Virus record (IMG/VR): IMGVR_UViG_3300043473_000069
Span: 36,669-100,668 of that record
DNA length: 64,000 bases
From: a virus
Taxonomy: Duplodnaviria; Caudoviricetes
Reading direction: 5' to 3' (one strand)
A model generated the notes under the pieces. That model was not told the DNA's origin. It did not search any database and saw only the letters and a list, made by a program, of their open reading frames with translations. Below, piece by piece: positions 8,364 to 18,222 of the stretch (the stretch's first letter is position 1; each line of letters begins with the position of its first letter). The position numbers and the translations under genes were made by a program.

Positions 8364-11280
8364 CGAGCCGTCGGCTGCTGGCAACCCGCCAGGGCCGAAC
8401 ATCAACGTGAACATGCCCGGCATGGAGGGTGCCGCACGGGTCGTGGACTCCGTGAAGGACGCCCTCAACGGCCTCAAGGCCGCACTGCGGGACATGGGTT
8501 GGCAGACGGCGGCGTCCTCGCTCAACTCGATGCTGGATGGCATCACGAAGCGGGCCACCGAGGCTGCCGATGCGCTCGGCAAGGCCTCAACCGCTGCCAA
8601 CTCCGGTGGGTTCGCTGGAGGAGGCGGCGGTGGTGGGGGCGGAGGCGGTGCTGGCGGCGGTGGCGGCGGTTCGGGACCCCCCGCCTGGCAGACCGCTGCC
8701 GTCGCCAGCGCCACTGGTGCAGCAGGTGGGAGCGCTGGTGGAGGTACGGCTCCCGGTGGCCTCGACCTGACGTCAGCGATGATCGGCTCCGGTGCGGGCG
8801 GTGACTTCTCCAAGGCCCTCGCCCTGTTCCCGCTGCGCTTCATGCGGGACCAGATCAACACCAACCGGGCCAACGTCCTGACCCAGTCGGCGGCGCTCGG
8901 GCAGCAGGGCTTCGCCACGCACACCATCGATCAGTCGTTCCAGAACCAGTTGGCGACGATGCCTGGCTCAGTGCTGGGCACGGTCGGTGACCAACTGTCC
9001 CTCTTCGGCATGGCCCCGCAGTACGGCGCCATGTACGGCTGGGGCACGGGCGCCAACGCACCACGGGCCAAGGGCTACCTGGAGAGCGTCCGCCAGGCGC
9101 AGATGATCAACCCTGGCGCCCAGGTGTCCGAACTGGCCGGGATGATCGGTGAGCAGGGCCGTGCGCCCCGCCAGCAGCAGGCCCAGATGATGACCGGTGG
9201 GGCCTTCGGTCTGGTCAAGGCCGGTGGTGGTCAGAAGACGCTGCAGGAGTGGGCTGAGTCCATCCTGCGCTGGTTCGAAGGCCTCCGTGGTGGTGACGAC
9301 CGGGGCAAGCCGTTCAGCTACGGCCAGTTGATGGCGCAGTACTTCCCCGGCTCCAACATCGACGCCTGGTTCGACGCCAACGCCGTCACCGAGGACATGA
9401 AGTCGTACTGGTGGAGCTACGCCCTGGCGAAGACCCAGAACGGCAACGCCGACACGCAGTCCGAGTTCCAGATCACGCCGCAGACGGAGAACCTGGCGCA
9501 GAACCGGCTGCGAGCCACCACGGCCATGACGGTTGGACAGTTCCAACTGGGCGGCACGATGGGTGGCGCCTACAACAACCGAGAGCAGTCGAACCGCTGG
9601 TTCAACGAGATGTTCTCGTCCTTCATCAACAAGGTGATCCCGACCGCCACGTCGTCGGGTCCGCTCCAGAGCCTGCAGTACATGCCGGACACCATGGAGC
9701 AGATCCTCATGACGATGATGGAGAACTCCGGCAAGTTCGGTGAGATCTTCGGCGGCATCCTCGGCTACGGCCGGGCCGGTGGAGGTGTGGCCCAGGGCAT
9801 CGCCAACTGGGGCCTCGACGCACTGGATCCGCTCGGCCTGGTGCCTGGCAACACGGGTCGCTTCGGCATCGACCTGCCTGACGTCGGCAACCTGTGGGAC
9901 TCGCTCACGCCTGGCGACTACGACGTCGGGGACTACGGCCAATACGGGGGTACCACCACCGCCGGGCTGCACCCTGACATGCAGTCGAAGCTCGGGGCGA
10001 TGATGCGGGACAACCCGAAGCTCCGTATCACAAGCGGGCTGCGGGACAACGCCATGCAGAAGCGCCTCAAGAAGAAGGGCGTGGGCAGGGTGTCGGGGAA
10101 GCCCTCGGCGCACACCAGTGGCCTGGCTGCCGACCTCGGCCCGAAGAACCAGTACGACTGGATCACCAAGAACGCCAGCCGCTACGGCCTCAAGTCCGGC
10201 AAGAGCAAGGGCGAGCCGTGGCACGTCGGCATGGGCGACATGTCGAGCCCGTGGGTGGGCGACTACGACGCAGGCATCGGTGACCTCGACATCACCGACT
10301 GGATCAAGAGCATCAAGGACCTGCTCACCGGGAGCGACCCGATCGGTGGCGTCTCGGGGATGGCGACGCCGATCTTCGAACTGCTCGGCGGGCTCATGGC
10401 CGGTGGCGACGCTGACTTGAGCAAGCTGCAGTTCAAGGGCGACGTCTACTTCCAGTTGTACGAGAAGAGCAAGCAGGTCAGCTACGGCAAGGGCCTCGTC
10501 GCCAAGGTCTGGGACACGCTCAATCCGTTCGACCAGGGCAAGTCGTGGGGCTCGGACACCGGCCCCGGCTCGGGCGCCTCCGGCGGCGGTGGTGCTCGTG
10601 GAGCGGCATACGGGGCTTTCGAGTCAGCACCCCCGGACATCCTCCAGGCGCTCTCGTCCGGCGACCAGATGACCCGAGGCAAGGCCGTGGCGAAGTCGCT
10701 GTACCAGGCGGGCTTCCGGGGCACCGACCTCAAGAACATGACGGCCGTCTCCTTCCGGGAGAGCAGTTGGACCTCCAACGAGGCCGACAACTGGGTGGAG
10801 GACAGCGACGACGTGGGTGGTGGCCTGCTCGGCATCAACCAGTTGCCGTTCATCCGGGCCGGGATGACGCCGCCCTACACCAAGGGCGACATCCTCGATC
10901 CGTACATCAACGCCCGCATCGCCTACGACATGTTCACCCGCAGCCCCGAGGCCAAGGGCCGCATCGGTGCCGGACCCAAGGGCTACACGCCCTGGGACTT
11001 CCCCGGTGCCCCGGACTGGAAGCACAACGTGGACTTCGCCAAGGGCACGGCGGCGGTGCAGGCGGCAGGGCTGGGTGACATCGACTACGGCGCCATGCGC
11101 TACGACGACCTGATGGGGCACGCCAAGCCCGTCGAGCAGAAGCAGACGGTTGAGTTCCACAACACGTTCCAGATCGGTACCGGTGTATCAAACACCGGTA
11201 TCGACCTTCGGCGCACCGCTTCGACGATCGCCGATCACCTCGAAAACGAGATGAAGCAACGACTGCAGAGGGTGTCGTGA
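8356..11280 (+). CDS. Tape measure protein with C-terminal M15-like peptidase and SLT-like transglycosylase domains
   Basis: Position and helical Ala/Gly-rich N-terminus; ITSGLR..SAHTSGLAADL..EPWH (M15-like); FRESS..GGGLLGIN..DPYINARIAY (SLT-like). Confidence 0.85.
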   Translation: MPDEPSAAGNPPGPNINVNMPGMEGAARVVDSVKDALNGLKAALRDMGWQTAASSLNSMLDGITKRATEAADALGKASTAANSGGFAGGGGGGGGGGGAGGGGGGSGPPAWQTAAVASATGAAGGSAGGGTAPGGLDLTSAMIGSGAGGDFSKALALFPLRFMRDQINTNRANVLTQSAALGQQGFATHTIDQSFQNQLATMPGSVLGTVGDQLSLFGMAPQYGAMYGWGTGANAPRAKGYLESVRQAQMINPGAQVSELAGMIGEQGRAPRQQQAQMMTGGAFGLVKAGGGQKTLQEWAESILRWFEGLRGGDDRGKPFSYGQLMAQYFPGSNIDAWFDANAVTEDMKSYWWSYALAKTQNGNADTQSEFQITPQTENLAQNRLRATTAMTVGQFQLGGTMGGAYNNREQSNRWFNEMFSSFINKVIPTATSSGPLQSLQYMPDTMEQILMTMMENSGKFGEIFGGILGYGRAGGGVAQGIANWGLDALDPLGLVPGNTGRFGIDLPDVGNLWDSLTPGDYDVGDYGQYGGTTTAGLHPDMQSKLGAMMRDNPKLRITSGLRDNAMQKRLKKKGVGRVSGKPSAHTSGLAADLGPKNQYDWITKNASRYGLKSGKSKGEPWHVGMGDMSSPWVGDYDAGIGDLDITDWIKSIKDLLTGSDPIGGVSGMATPIFELLGGLMAGGDADLSKLQFKGDVYFQLYEKSKQVSYGKGLVAKVWDTLNPFDQGKSWGSDTGPGSGASGGGGARGAAYGAFESAPPDILQALSSGDQMTRGKAVAKSLYQAGFRGTDLKNMTAVSFRESSWTSNEADNWVEDSDDVGGGLLGINQLPFIRAGMTPPYTKGDILDPYINARIAYDMFTRSPEAKGRIGAGPKGYTPWDFPGAPDWKHNVDFAKGTAAVQAAGLGDIDYGAMRYDDLMGHAKPVEQKQTVEFHNTFQIGTGVSNTGIDLRRTASTIADHLENEMKQRLQRVS

Positions 11281-12806
11281 CAGGCAACAAGTACGGGATC
11301 AAGAACGTCTACCGGCCATCACAGTTGGCCCCCAGGGCTTACGGCTGGTCCACGGCCCCTCCGTACACGAGGGCTGACGTGCCCACGGCGCTCATGGAGC
11401 GACCGGCCAACATCACCTCGGACCAGTTGGCCCAGCAGTTCGCCTACGAGTGGTTCCAGAGCGGCGAGTCATCGATGGGCCTCTCCAACCCGCCCTTCGT
11501 GAGCGGCGCTGCCGGGCGTCTCCTGCCTGGCCTCAACGAGGGCTCCGGTGGACCGGCACGGATCCTGCGGGGCTACATCCGGCGCTCCCAGTACGAGGTG
11601 GGTGATGCCAAGAGCCGGGCTCGGCTCTACTTCATGTACAACCCCGAGATCATCAGCCGGGACTACGTGAGCTACCTCGACCAGGGAGCGCTCGACCCCT
11701 TCAACACCGTGTACCAGAGCGGCAACCTGGTGGCGCCGCCCAGCATCCTCGACTTCTCCTTCGACCTGTTCTTCGACCGCCAGGAGGAGGCGACGCAGAA
11801 GAGCCACCCTGGTGTCTTCGTGGACTACCAGTTCTTCGACCTCGTGGTCCGCAACGTGGTGCCCACCGACGTCAACGCCACCAGCAACACGCTCCCCGAC
11901 AACGGCGTGATGATGGTCAACCCCCGCAACATCACGGTGGTGTTCAGCCCGCAGTTGACGGTGGAGGGCCGACCGCTCAACGCACGGGTGACCTTCGAGA
12001 AGTTCACCCACCGTATGACACCGATCCGCATGCGTATCTCACTGACGATGCGTGCGGTGTACATGGGTCCGATCAAGGACATGACCGAGTACCGGGCCGA
12101 GGTCTTCCAGGCGGAGGCGTCCATCCCTACGGGTGAGGTCTTCAACCCCCCCTACATCTGGAACATGGAGGGCCTGCAGGAGGCTCAGGAGGCCTGGGCG
12201 GCTGACCCCACGGGCGCTGGGTCGTCCACCAACACCAGCACGCAGAACTACGGCAGCCAGCAGAGCTTCGCCAACACCAACAACGGCCAAGCCCGCAAGA
12301 ACGCCCTCGACTACGCCAAGGCCCACATCATCGAGGGCACCACTCGCTACGCCTCGGAGGGCTCGGGCCTCGGGCGCAACAACCTGCCGACGTCGGCGGA
12401 GTGCTCGGGTCTGATCACCGGGTGCTACAAGGCGGTGGGTCTGGCGGACGGGATGGGCTGGAGCGACCTGCCGGGCACTCACGTCATCATCTCCCGGCTC
12501 AACTCCAGCAACTACAAGAACGCCCAGAAGTTCTCCTACGACGACATCTACGCCGGGAAGCTGCAGTACGGGGACATCATCATCCGACCCGGCCACATGC
12601 GCTGGTTTGAGGAGTACACGGGTGGTACCGGGATACGGCTCACCGACGCCGCCTCGGCCTCGTCGTCCCCCCAGGTGGGCTCCCGTGTCCAGAACAGCAA
12701 GCTGACGACGGACTACTTCGCCTTCCGTCCCATGCCCCTGGGTGCCGACATGTCATACAACGCCACGAACAACCCCGCCTCCAGCAACGCACCGAGGGCT
12801 GTCTGA
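11277..12806 (+). CDS. Tail tube initiator fused to an NlpC/P60-like domain
   Basis: LYFMYNP and FTHRMTPIR in the N-terminal half; ECSGLI...YGDIIIRPGH in the C-terminal half. Confidence 0.7.
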   Translation: MTGNKYGIKNVYRPSQLAPRAYGWSTAPPYTRADVPTALMERPANITSDQLAQQFAYEWFQSGESSMGLSNPPFVSGAAGRLLPGLNEGSGGPARILRGYIRRSQYEVGDAKSRARLYFMYNPEIISRDYVSYLDQGALDPFNTVYQSGNLVAPPSILDFSFDLFFDRQEEATQKSHPGVFVDYQFFDLVVRNVVPTDVNATSNTLPDNGVMMVNPRNITVVFSPQLTVEGRPLNARVTFEKFTHRMTPIRMRISLTMRAVYMGPIKDMTEYRAEVFQAEASIPTGEVFNPPYIWNMEGLQEAQEAWAADPTGAGSSTNTSTQNYGSQQSFANTNNGQARKNALDYAKAHIIEGTTRYASEGSGLGRNNLPTSAECSGLITGCYKAVGLADGMGWSDLPGTHVIISRLNSSNYKNAQKFSYDDIYAGKLQYGDIIIRPGHMRWFEEYTGGTGIRLTDAASASSSPQVGSRVQNSKLTTDYFAFRPMPLGADMSYNATNNPASSNAPRAV

Positions 12807-13141
12807 TGACCGTGCAGTCGGGTTCCCGCTACCAGGACGCTGAGCACCAGTTCACGGGCAAGCACTACTACGACATGTGGAGCCACCCGCTGCTGCACAG
12901 CGAGGACGGCACGCTGCGCTTCATGGACACGAGCGTGGACACGCTCTACATGCTCACCACTCTTCCCCTCCCGCCCCCACCGCCAGCGGAGTACTACGCC
13001 AAGGACGGTGAGCACTTCCCGTTCCTGGCCTTCAAGTTCATGCAGGACTCCACCCGGTGGTGGGAGATCGCTGAGGTCAACCCAGGCGTGTGGTACCCGC
13101 TCGACCTGGAGATGGGGATGTACCTCCGGGTGCCGTCATGA
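12806..13141 (+). CDS. LysM/P2 gpX-like baseplate protein
   Basis: SRY N-terminus; LAFKF..WWEIAEVNP..GMYLRVP motif. Confidence 0.8.
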   Translation: MTVQSGSRYQDAEHQFTGKHYYDMWSHPLLHSEDGTLRFMDTSVDTLYMLTTLPLPPPPPAEYYAKDGEHFPFLAFKFMQDSTRWWEIAEVNPGVWYPLDLEMGMYLRVPS

Positions 13142-14313
13142 GCCTGACCGACCTGCTGTCGCAGCCTGACGCTCGCTCGACCAAGGGCAGGGTGCCGATC
13201 TTCCGGCCCATGCTCAACGGCGAGGAGTTCGACGTGACGTTCCAGGAGGCCGGGATCCAGATGGGCGAGGGCGCCCACGACACCGTGATCGTCCAGTGCC
13301 AGTCGTCCACGTTGACCGACACGGACGGCATGCTCAACTCGGCCATCAGCTTCTACTGGGGCCAGGCACCACGGACCGAACTGTTCTGCGGCTACATCGT
13401 GGGCGTCGGCATCACCAAGTCCGGTGAGGGCTCGCTCTCCTTCGGCCTGATCATCCTCGGTGCGACCAAGGTGATGCAGGAGGGCAAGCCTCGCTTCTGG
13501 ACCAACCGCACGGTGCCCTCTGCGATCACGACGTTGGCCTACTCCAACAACCTCGGCGTGCACACCCACCAGCACGACTTCGTGTGGGGCTCGATGGCGC
13601 AGACCGATCAGTCTGACTGGAAGATGCTCGACATCCAGGTGGGTCGGCTCGGCTGGTCCACCTTCAACCGGTACGGTGTGATACTCGCCTATGACGCACT
13701 GCAGTTGTTCCAGGACTCGGGGAGCTACTGCACCCTCCAGTCGTCGCAGGACCAGGACTTCGATCCCACGGCGGAGCGGCGGCTGATCGAGTTCTCACCC
13801 AACGAGGAGTCGGACGAGAACCCTGACTCGATGGGCACCAAGGTCGCCTACTTCACCGACCGCAACGACGTCCAGGTCACCAAGCAGGCGGGTGACCACA
13901 GCAGGTACAAGTTCATCACCCAGTGGGTGCTGCGGAACGCCGAGGAAGCAGCCCTCTACGCCAACGCTCCGACGGTCAAGCCTGGCTCATGGGACCAGAC
14001 GGCCACGGCCCGCATCTGGGGTGACTCCGACATCTACCCCGGCCTGTGCGTGGACGTCGTCACGACCAACAACACCTACCTCAAGAACAAGTACGACGGG
14101 CGCTGGCTCGTGCTGGCGGTGCAGCACAAGATGGACCGCCAGTCCTTCCAGACGCAGTTGGCGATGGCCCGCCCAGCGAGTGATACACGGGTAACACAGG
14201 AGTCCTACCGTCCGTTCTGGGCTGTCGCTGGGAAGCCCCGCCCAGGCCTGTCGCTGCTCGATGGCGTGTGGACGTCGTCGTGGACCGACCCACGAGTGCA
14301 GAGCGTGATGTGA
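13138..14313 (+). CDS. Baseplate hub protein (gp27/P2 gpD-like)
   Basis: QTDQSDW motif; GDSDIYPG...YDGRWLVLAVQH C-terminus; ATGA overlap with the upstream gene. Confidence 0.75.
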   Translation: MSLTDLLSQPDARSTKGRVPIFRPMLNGEEFDVTFQEAGIQMGEGAHDTVIVQCQSSTLTDTDGMLNSAISFYWGQAPRTELFCGYIVGVGITKSGEGSLSFGLIILGATKVMQEGKPRFWTNRTVPSAITTLAYSNNLGVHTHQHDFVWGSMAQTDQSDWKMLDIQVGRLGWSTFNRYGVILAYDALQLFQDSGSYCTLQSSQDQDFDPTAERRLIEFSPNEESDENPDSMGTKVAYFTDRNDVQVTKQAGDHSRYKFITQWVLRNAEEAALYANAPTVKPGSWDQTATARIWGDSDIYPGLCVDVVTTNNTYLKNKYDGRWLVLAVQHKMDRQSFQTQLAMARPASDTRVTQESYRPFWAVAGKPRPGLSLLDGVWTSSWTDPRVQSVM

Positions 14314-14747
14314 GAGCGATCCAGTACCCCTTCCATCTCGACCGCAACAAGAACGTGGCCGAGTGCGTGAGCTACGACGACGTCGTCCGTGGACAGGTCA
14401 TCGATGCTCTCATGACCAACCAGGGCGAGCGTGTGTTCCGCCCCCGCTACGGCTGCGACGTGCAGGCGGCACTGTTCGACCCCACCGACGAGTTGGTGCG
14501 CCGGGACGCAGCGGCCTTCCTCAAGACCAAGCTGGAGAACACGGTGACCCGTGCCATCATCCGCTCGGTCACCCTGGACCCGCAGTTGGGCTTCTCCCAG
14601 CCGACGCCGCTGTATCACAGCGACCCCTCTGCTGTGGTCATCACCGTCGTCTACCGGGCCTCGCTCTACGCCACCGACACAACGATCAACATCCCCGTGG
14701 CGTCTGAGTACGTCCGCCGACAGCTTGAAGGAGGGGTCTTCGAATGA
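14310..14747 (+). CDS. Baseplate wedge protein, gp25/GPW family
   Basis: TNQGERVFRPRYGC motif. Confidence 0.9.
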   Translation: MRAIQYPFHLDRNKNVAECVSYDDVVRGQVIDALMTNQGERVFRPRYGCDVQAALFDPTDELVRRDAAAFLKTKLENTVTRAIIRSVTLDPQLGFSQPTPLYHSDPSAVVITVVYRASLYATDTTINIPVASEYVRRQLEGGVFE

Positions 14748-16645
14748 GTGATACAGGGATCCTTGTCTCACTGGAGAACGAGGACGCCTACCGCTCCAGC
14801 GTCGTCCTCGACTACACGAGCCGTGACTTCACGGCCATCCGTGCCCAGTTGGTGGGCCTCGCCCAAGGACTCATGCCCGACTGGGAGACGGTCGGGGAGG
14901 CCAGCGACTTCGGGACGCTGCTCCTGGAGTTGTTCAGCTACATGGGCGACGTCATGCACTTCTACATCGACCGGACGGCGTCGGAGGCGTTCCTCGGTAC
15001 GGCACTACGGCGGCAGAGCGTGCTCTACATCGCTGACATGCTGGGATACCGCCCTATCGGTCAGCAAGCCGCCTCGGTGATGGTGGAGTTCACGCTCGAC
15101 GCCAACGCCACGGAGCAGATCGTCATCCCCCAGGGCGCTCGGGTCTACAACGAGGCGAGCAACGCTGACGATCTCATCGTCTTCGAAACTGACTACCCGA
15201 TGAAGGTGACACCGGGCGAGACGCTGGGTGTGTTCTGCACCGAGGGCATCACCCAGCACGACCGCCTGCTCGGCGTGAGCAAGGGCGCCCCCAACGCTGA
15301 GTACGTCATCCCCGACAAGGGGATCGTCTTCAACACGGTGAGCATCCGCAGCAACGAGGCCGGGCAGACGTTGCCGTGGGCCTTCGTCACCGACCTGTCG
15401 CTGGCTCGTCCCACGCAGCCAGCGTTCACCACGTTCCTGGACGACGCCGACTTCACCCACGTCATCTTCGGGGACAACTCTGCTGGCCGCATCCCACCAG
15501 TCAATGCCGAACTGTTCGTGACATACAGGTTCGGTCGTGGTGCCCAGGCGAACGACCTTGCCTCCGACTCCATCAACTCACTGGCGGCAAGCTCGGCGCC
15601 CGGTGTGGACCTGTGGGGTGTCACCGTCCGCAACCCCGAGAGCCCGACCGGTGGCACCGACCCCGAGACGGTGGACGCCATGCGTCAGTCGATCCCCCGT
15701 GCCGCTGCCCGCATCAAGAGCCGGGCTGTGACGCTCAACGACTACGCCGACCTCGCCATGCAGGTGCCCGGCGTCGCCAAGAGCGTGGCCCACGGCACCG
15801 TCTACACGGCCGTGCACGTTCGCATCGCACCGACCGGTGGCGTCGCCAGCCAGAACACGATGACCCGCCTCATCGCCTCGGTCGAGGACTACATGAAGGA
15901 CAAGATCATCGTCGGCTCGACGGTGTACGCCGACCCCGAGGACGTCGATGACCTGTGGCAGCCCATCTTCATCCGGGTGCTCGTGCACGTCACCGAGGGC
16001 TTCAACCAGACCAGCGTGCGGCTGCAGGTGGAGTCGGTCATCCGCCAGATGCTGAGCTTCGATGCCGTGGACTTCGGCCGGGCGGTGACGATCGGCAAGG
16101 TCTACCGCTCGGCCCTCGCTGTGCAGGGTGCGGACTACGCCGAACTCATGTGGCTCGACACCACGGAGCCCACCGTGGCCCAGGACAAGGCGATGGCACC
16201 GATCGACACCACCGCTGACCCCACGCCGAACCCCACGCACATCAAGGACATCCACACCGACCCGCTGCTGATCCCCCGCATCCAGCCCCCGCTGGAGATC
16301 AAGACGGGCAACGTGAGCAACAAGGCGCTGACGTCCAACGTCGCCACGTTGACCTACAGCACCGCCGACATGCTCAACCCGACGTTCAAGGTGGGCGACC
16401 TCGTGGACGTGTCGGGCGTGGACGCCACCTTCAACGGGCGCTTCACCCTCACCGCTGCCACCGGCACGACGGTGAGCTACGCCAAGACCAACGCCAACAT
16501 CACAGCGGTTGCTGCGACCGGCAAGATCACGCTGGTCGATCCCCATGCCCCCGAGTTGGAGACGGACTTCCCCGGCCTCGATGAGGTGGAGCGCACGCAC
16601 GACGGCCTGTGGGTGTGGGCTGATGGAGGTGTGCCCGGCACATGA
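14744..16645 (+). CDS. Baseplate J-like wedge protein
   Basis: DYTSRDF, DFGTLLLELF, FGDNSAGRIP, GGTDPET and RAVTLNDY motifs. Confidence 0.9.
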   Translation: MSDTGILVSLENEDAYRSSVVLDYTSRDFTAIRAQLVGLAQGLMPDWETVGEASDFGTLLLELFSYMGDVMHFYIDRTASEAFLGTALRRQSVLYIADMLGYRPIGQQAASVMVEFTLDANATEQIVIPQGARVYNEASNADDLIVFETDYPMKVTPGETLGVFCTEGITQHDRLLGVSKGAPNAEYVIPDKGIVFNTVSIRSNEAGQTLPWAFVTDLSLARPTQPAFTTFLDDADFTHVIFGDNSAGRIPPVNAELFVTYRFGRGAQANDLASDSINSLAASSAPGVDLWGVTVRNPESPTGGTDPETVDAMRQSIPRAAARIKSRAVTLNDYADLAMQVPGVAKSVAHGTVYTAVHVRIAPTGGVASQNTMTRLIASVEDYMKDKIIVGSTVYADPEDVDDLWQPIFIRVLVHVTEGFNQTSVRLQVESVIRQMLSFDAVDFGRAVTIGKVYRSALAVQGADYAELMWLDTTEPTVAQDKAMAPIDTTADPTPNPTHIKDIHTDPLLIPRIQPPLEIKTGNVSNKALTSNVATLTYSTADMLNPTFKVGDLVDVSGVDATFNGRFTLTAATGTTVSYAKTNANITAVAATGKITLVDPHAPELETDFPGLDEVERTHDGLWVWADGGVPGT

Positions 16646-18222
16646 GCAACGACTGGTGGCCGCTCGACTACGCCAACCCGGCGTTCCAGGTCCAGCGTCA
16701 GGAGTACGGCCTGGCGACGGGCGGCGACTACGTCCGTGGCTCGTCGGTGTCCACGCTGCCGAACACAGCGCTGCGCTACCCCACGTCGAAGAAGGGCTAC
16801 GACGCTGTCCGCAACAAGGGGTACCTCACGATCCGCCCCTTCGACTACTTCACGGCCGAGATCGCCTGGGGCTGGCCGCTCGGTATCACCGAGGAGTGGC
16901 TGGAGATGGCGCTCGTGCGCTCCGGCTTCGGTGACCCGGTCACGGTGAACGATGGCGAGACGGTGCTGTACGGCAACCGTGCTGCGTTCACCGCCGACGC
17001 CACGCTGATCCCGCCACCCATCGTGTACGACCAGCCGCTGCAGCCCGGCCACTGGTACTACTACTCGCTGTTCTTCAAGACGACGCCGCTCGACTGGGTC
17101 CAGGCGATGACCGGCAACGTGCTGATCCCCCGCAACTACGGCCACGCCGACCACCTGTGGAACGCCGTGCCGCCCTTCTACCAGACCACCGACTCCAACC
17201 TCCGTGAGGGCAACGGGCCACTGCGCCAGTTCCTCACGGTCTTCGGTTTCGAGATGGACCAGACCCGCTCCTTCGTGGAGTCGTGGCAGGAGACGTATCA
17301 CATCGACACCTGTCCCATGCCGTTGCTCAAGCGGGTGGGCGAGAACTTCGGTGAGCCCTACGCCGGGGGTATCGGTGGTGTCCGATACCGGGGTTTGCTG
17401 GCAGCCCTGCCGGAAGCCCTCTCGATGCGTGGCACCACGGTGGCGCTGCGTCAGATCATCGAGGCGGCATCGAAGTACGACTGCGACCTCTCGGTCGGCG
17501 GCAACCTCTTGCTGCTGCCCGACGACAGCGACTTCTACTACGGCACCGGGTCGTGGGCGGCGCTCAACCCCACCGTGGGCTATCCCAACCCGTACACGGT
17601 CTACACGTCGGTCTTCCTGTCGAGCACGTCACCCGGCATGGTCGCACCACCAACCAACGCTGGACGTGGATCGATGCTCGTTCGCACGACCAAGGCCGCA
17701 GCGACACAGGACCTCGTGATCACCTGCGGCGACGGCATCAACACGGAGCGCCAGATCATCCCGCTCTACACAGGCGTGCCGGTGGAGCCCAACGCCACGT
17801 ACGGCTTCTCGGTCCAGGTGAAGATGGAGAACCCCTCGGCGGTGGTGGCGGAGCTTCTGTGGTTCGGGGAGGGAGGCAACCCCTCGGACTACCTGGGCTA
17901 CACCCCCGGTGTCTCCAGCGCTCCCGCCAACAACACGGCCTGGTTCACCTACCAGGCACAGGGCGCAGCCCCGGCGGGCGCTGTCTACATGGTGCCTGCG
18001 ATCCGTGTCACCAACCGCATCTCCGGGTCGGATCCCAACTACTCGTCCTCGCTGTGGATGGCCGGGGCGATGTCGTACCTGCTGGCTGCGGGCGGCGAGG
18101 TCACGGTGCCTCCGCCGGACTCGTATCTCACGATGGGCGATCCGGCGGAGCCCCTGGGTGCGCTCGACGCCTCGGGTCACCCGACCTTCAAGCCCTACAT
18201 CATCGGGACTCCGAACACATGA
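16642..18222 (+). CDS. Baseplate wedge/tail protein (P2 gpI-like) with a carbohydrate-binding-like domain
   Basis: LWNAVPPFY..GPLRQFL..MRGT motif; follows the J-like gene. Confidence 0.7.
   Translation: MSNDWWPLDYANPAFQVQRQEYGLATGGDYVRGSSVSTLPNTALRYPTSKKGYDAVRNKGYLTIRPFDYFTAEIAWGWPLGITEEWLEMALVRSGFGDPVTVNDGETVLYGNRAAFTADATLIPPPIVYDQPLQPGHWYYYSLFFKTTPLDWVQAMTGNVLIPRNYGHADHLWNAVPPFYQTTDSNLREGNGPLRQFLTVFGFEMDQTRSFVESWQETYHIDTCPMPLLKRVGENFGEPYAGGIGGVRYRGLLAALPEALSMRGTTVALRQIIEAASKYDCDLSVGGNLLLLPDDSDFYYGTGSWAALNPTVGYPNPYTVYTSVFLSSTSPGMVAPPTNAGRGSMLVRTTKAAATQDLVITCGDGINTERQIIPLYTGVPVEPNATYGFSVQVKMENPSAVVAELLWFGEGGNPSDYLGYTPGVSSAPANNTAWFTYQAQGAAPAGAVYMVPAIRVTNRISGSDPNYSSSLWMAGAMSYLLAAGGEVTVPPPDSYLTMGDPAEPLGALDASGHPTFKPYIIGTPNT

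Noticed and set aside
17553-18218. N-terminal extension of the 688-aa ORF (and similar extensions at 26307, 29713 and 46471)
   Set aside because: These extensions overlap upstream genes or terminators and read as shadow sequence. Downstream coupled starts are better supported.
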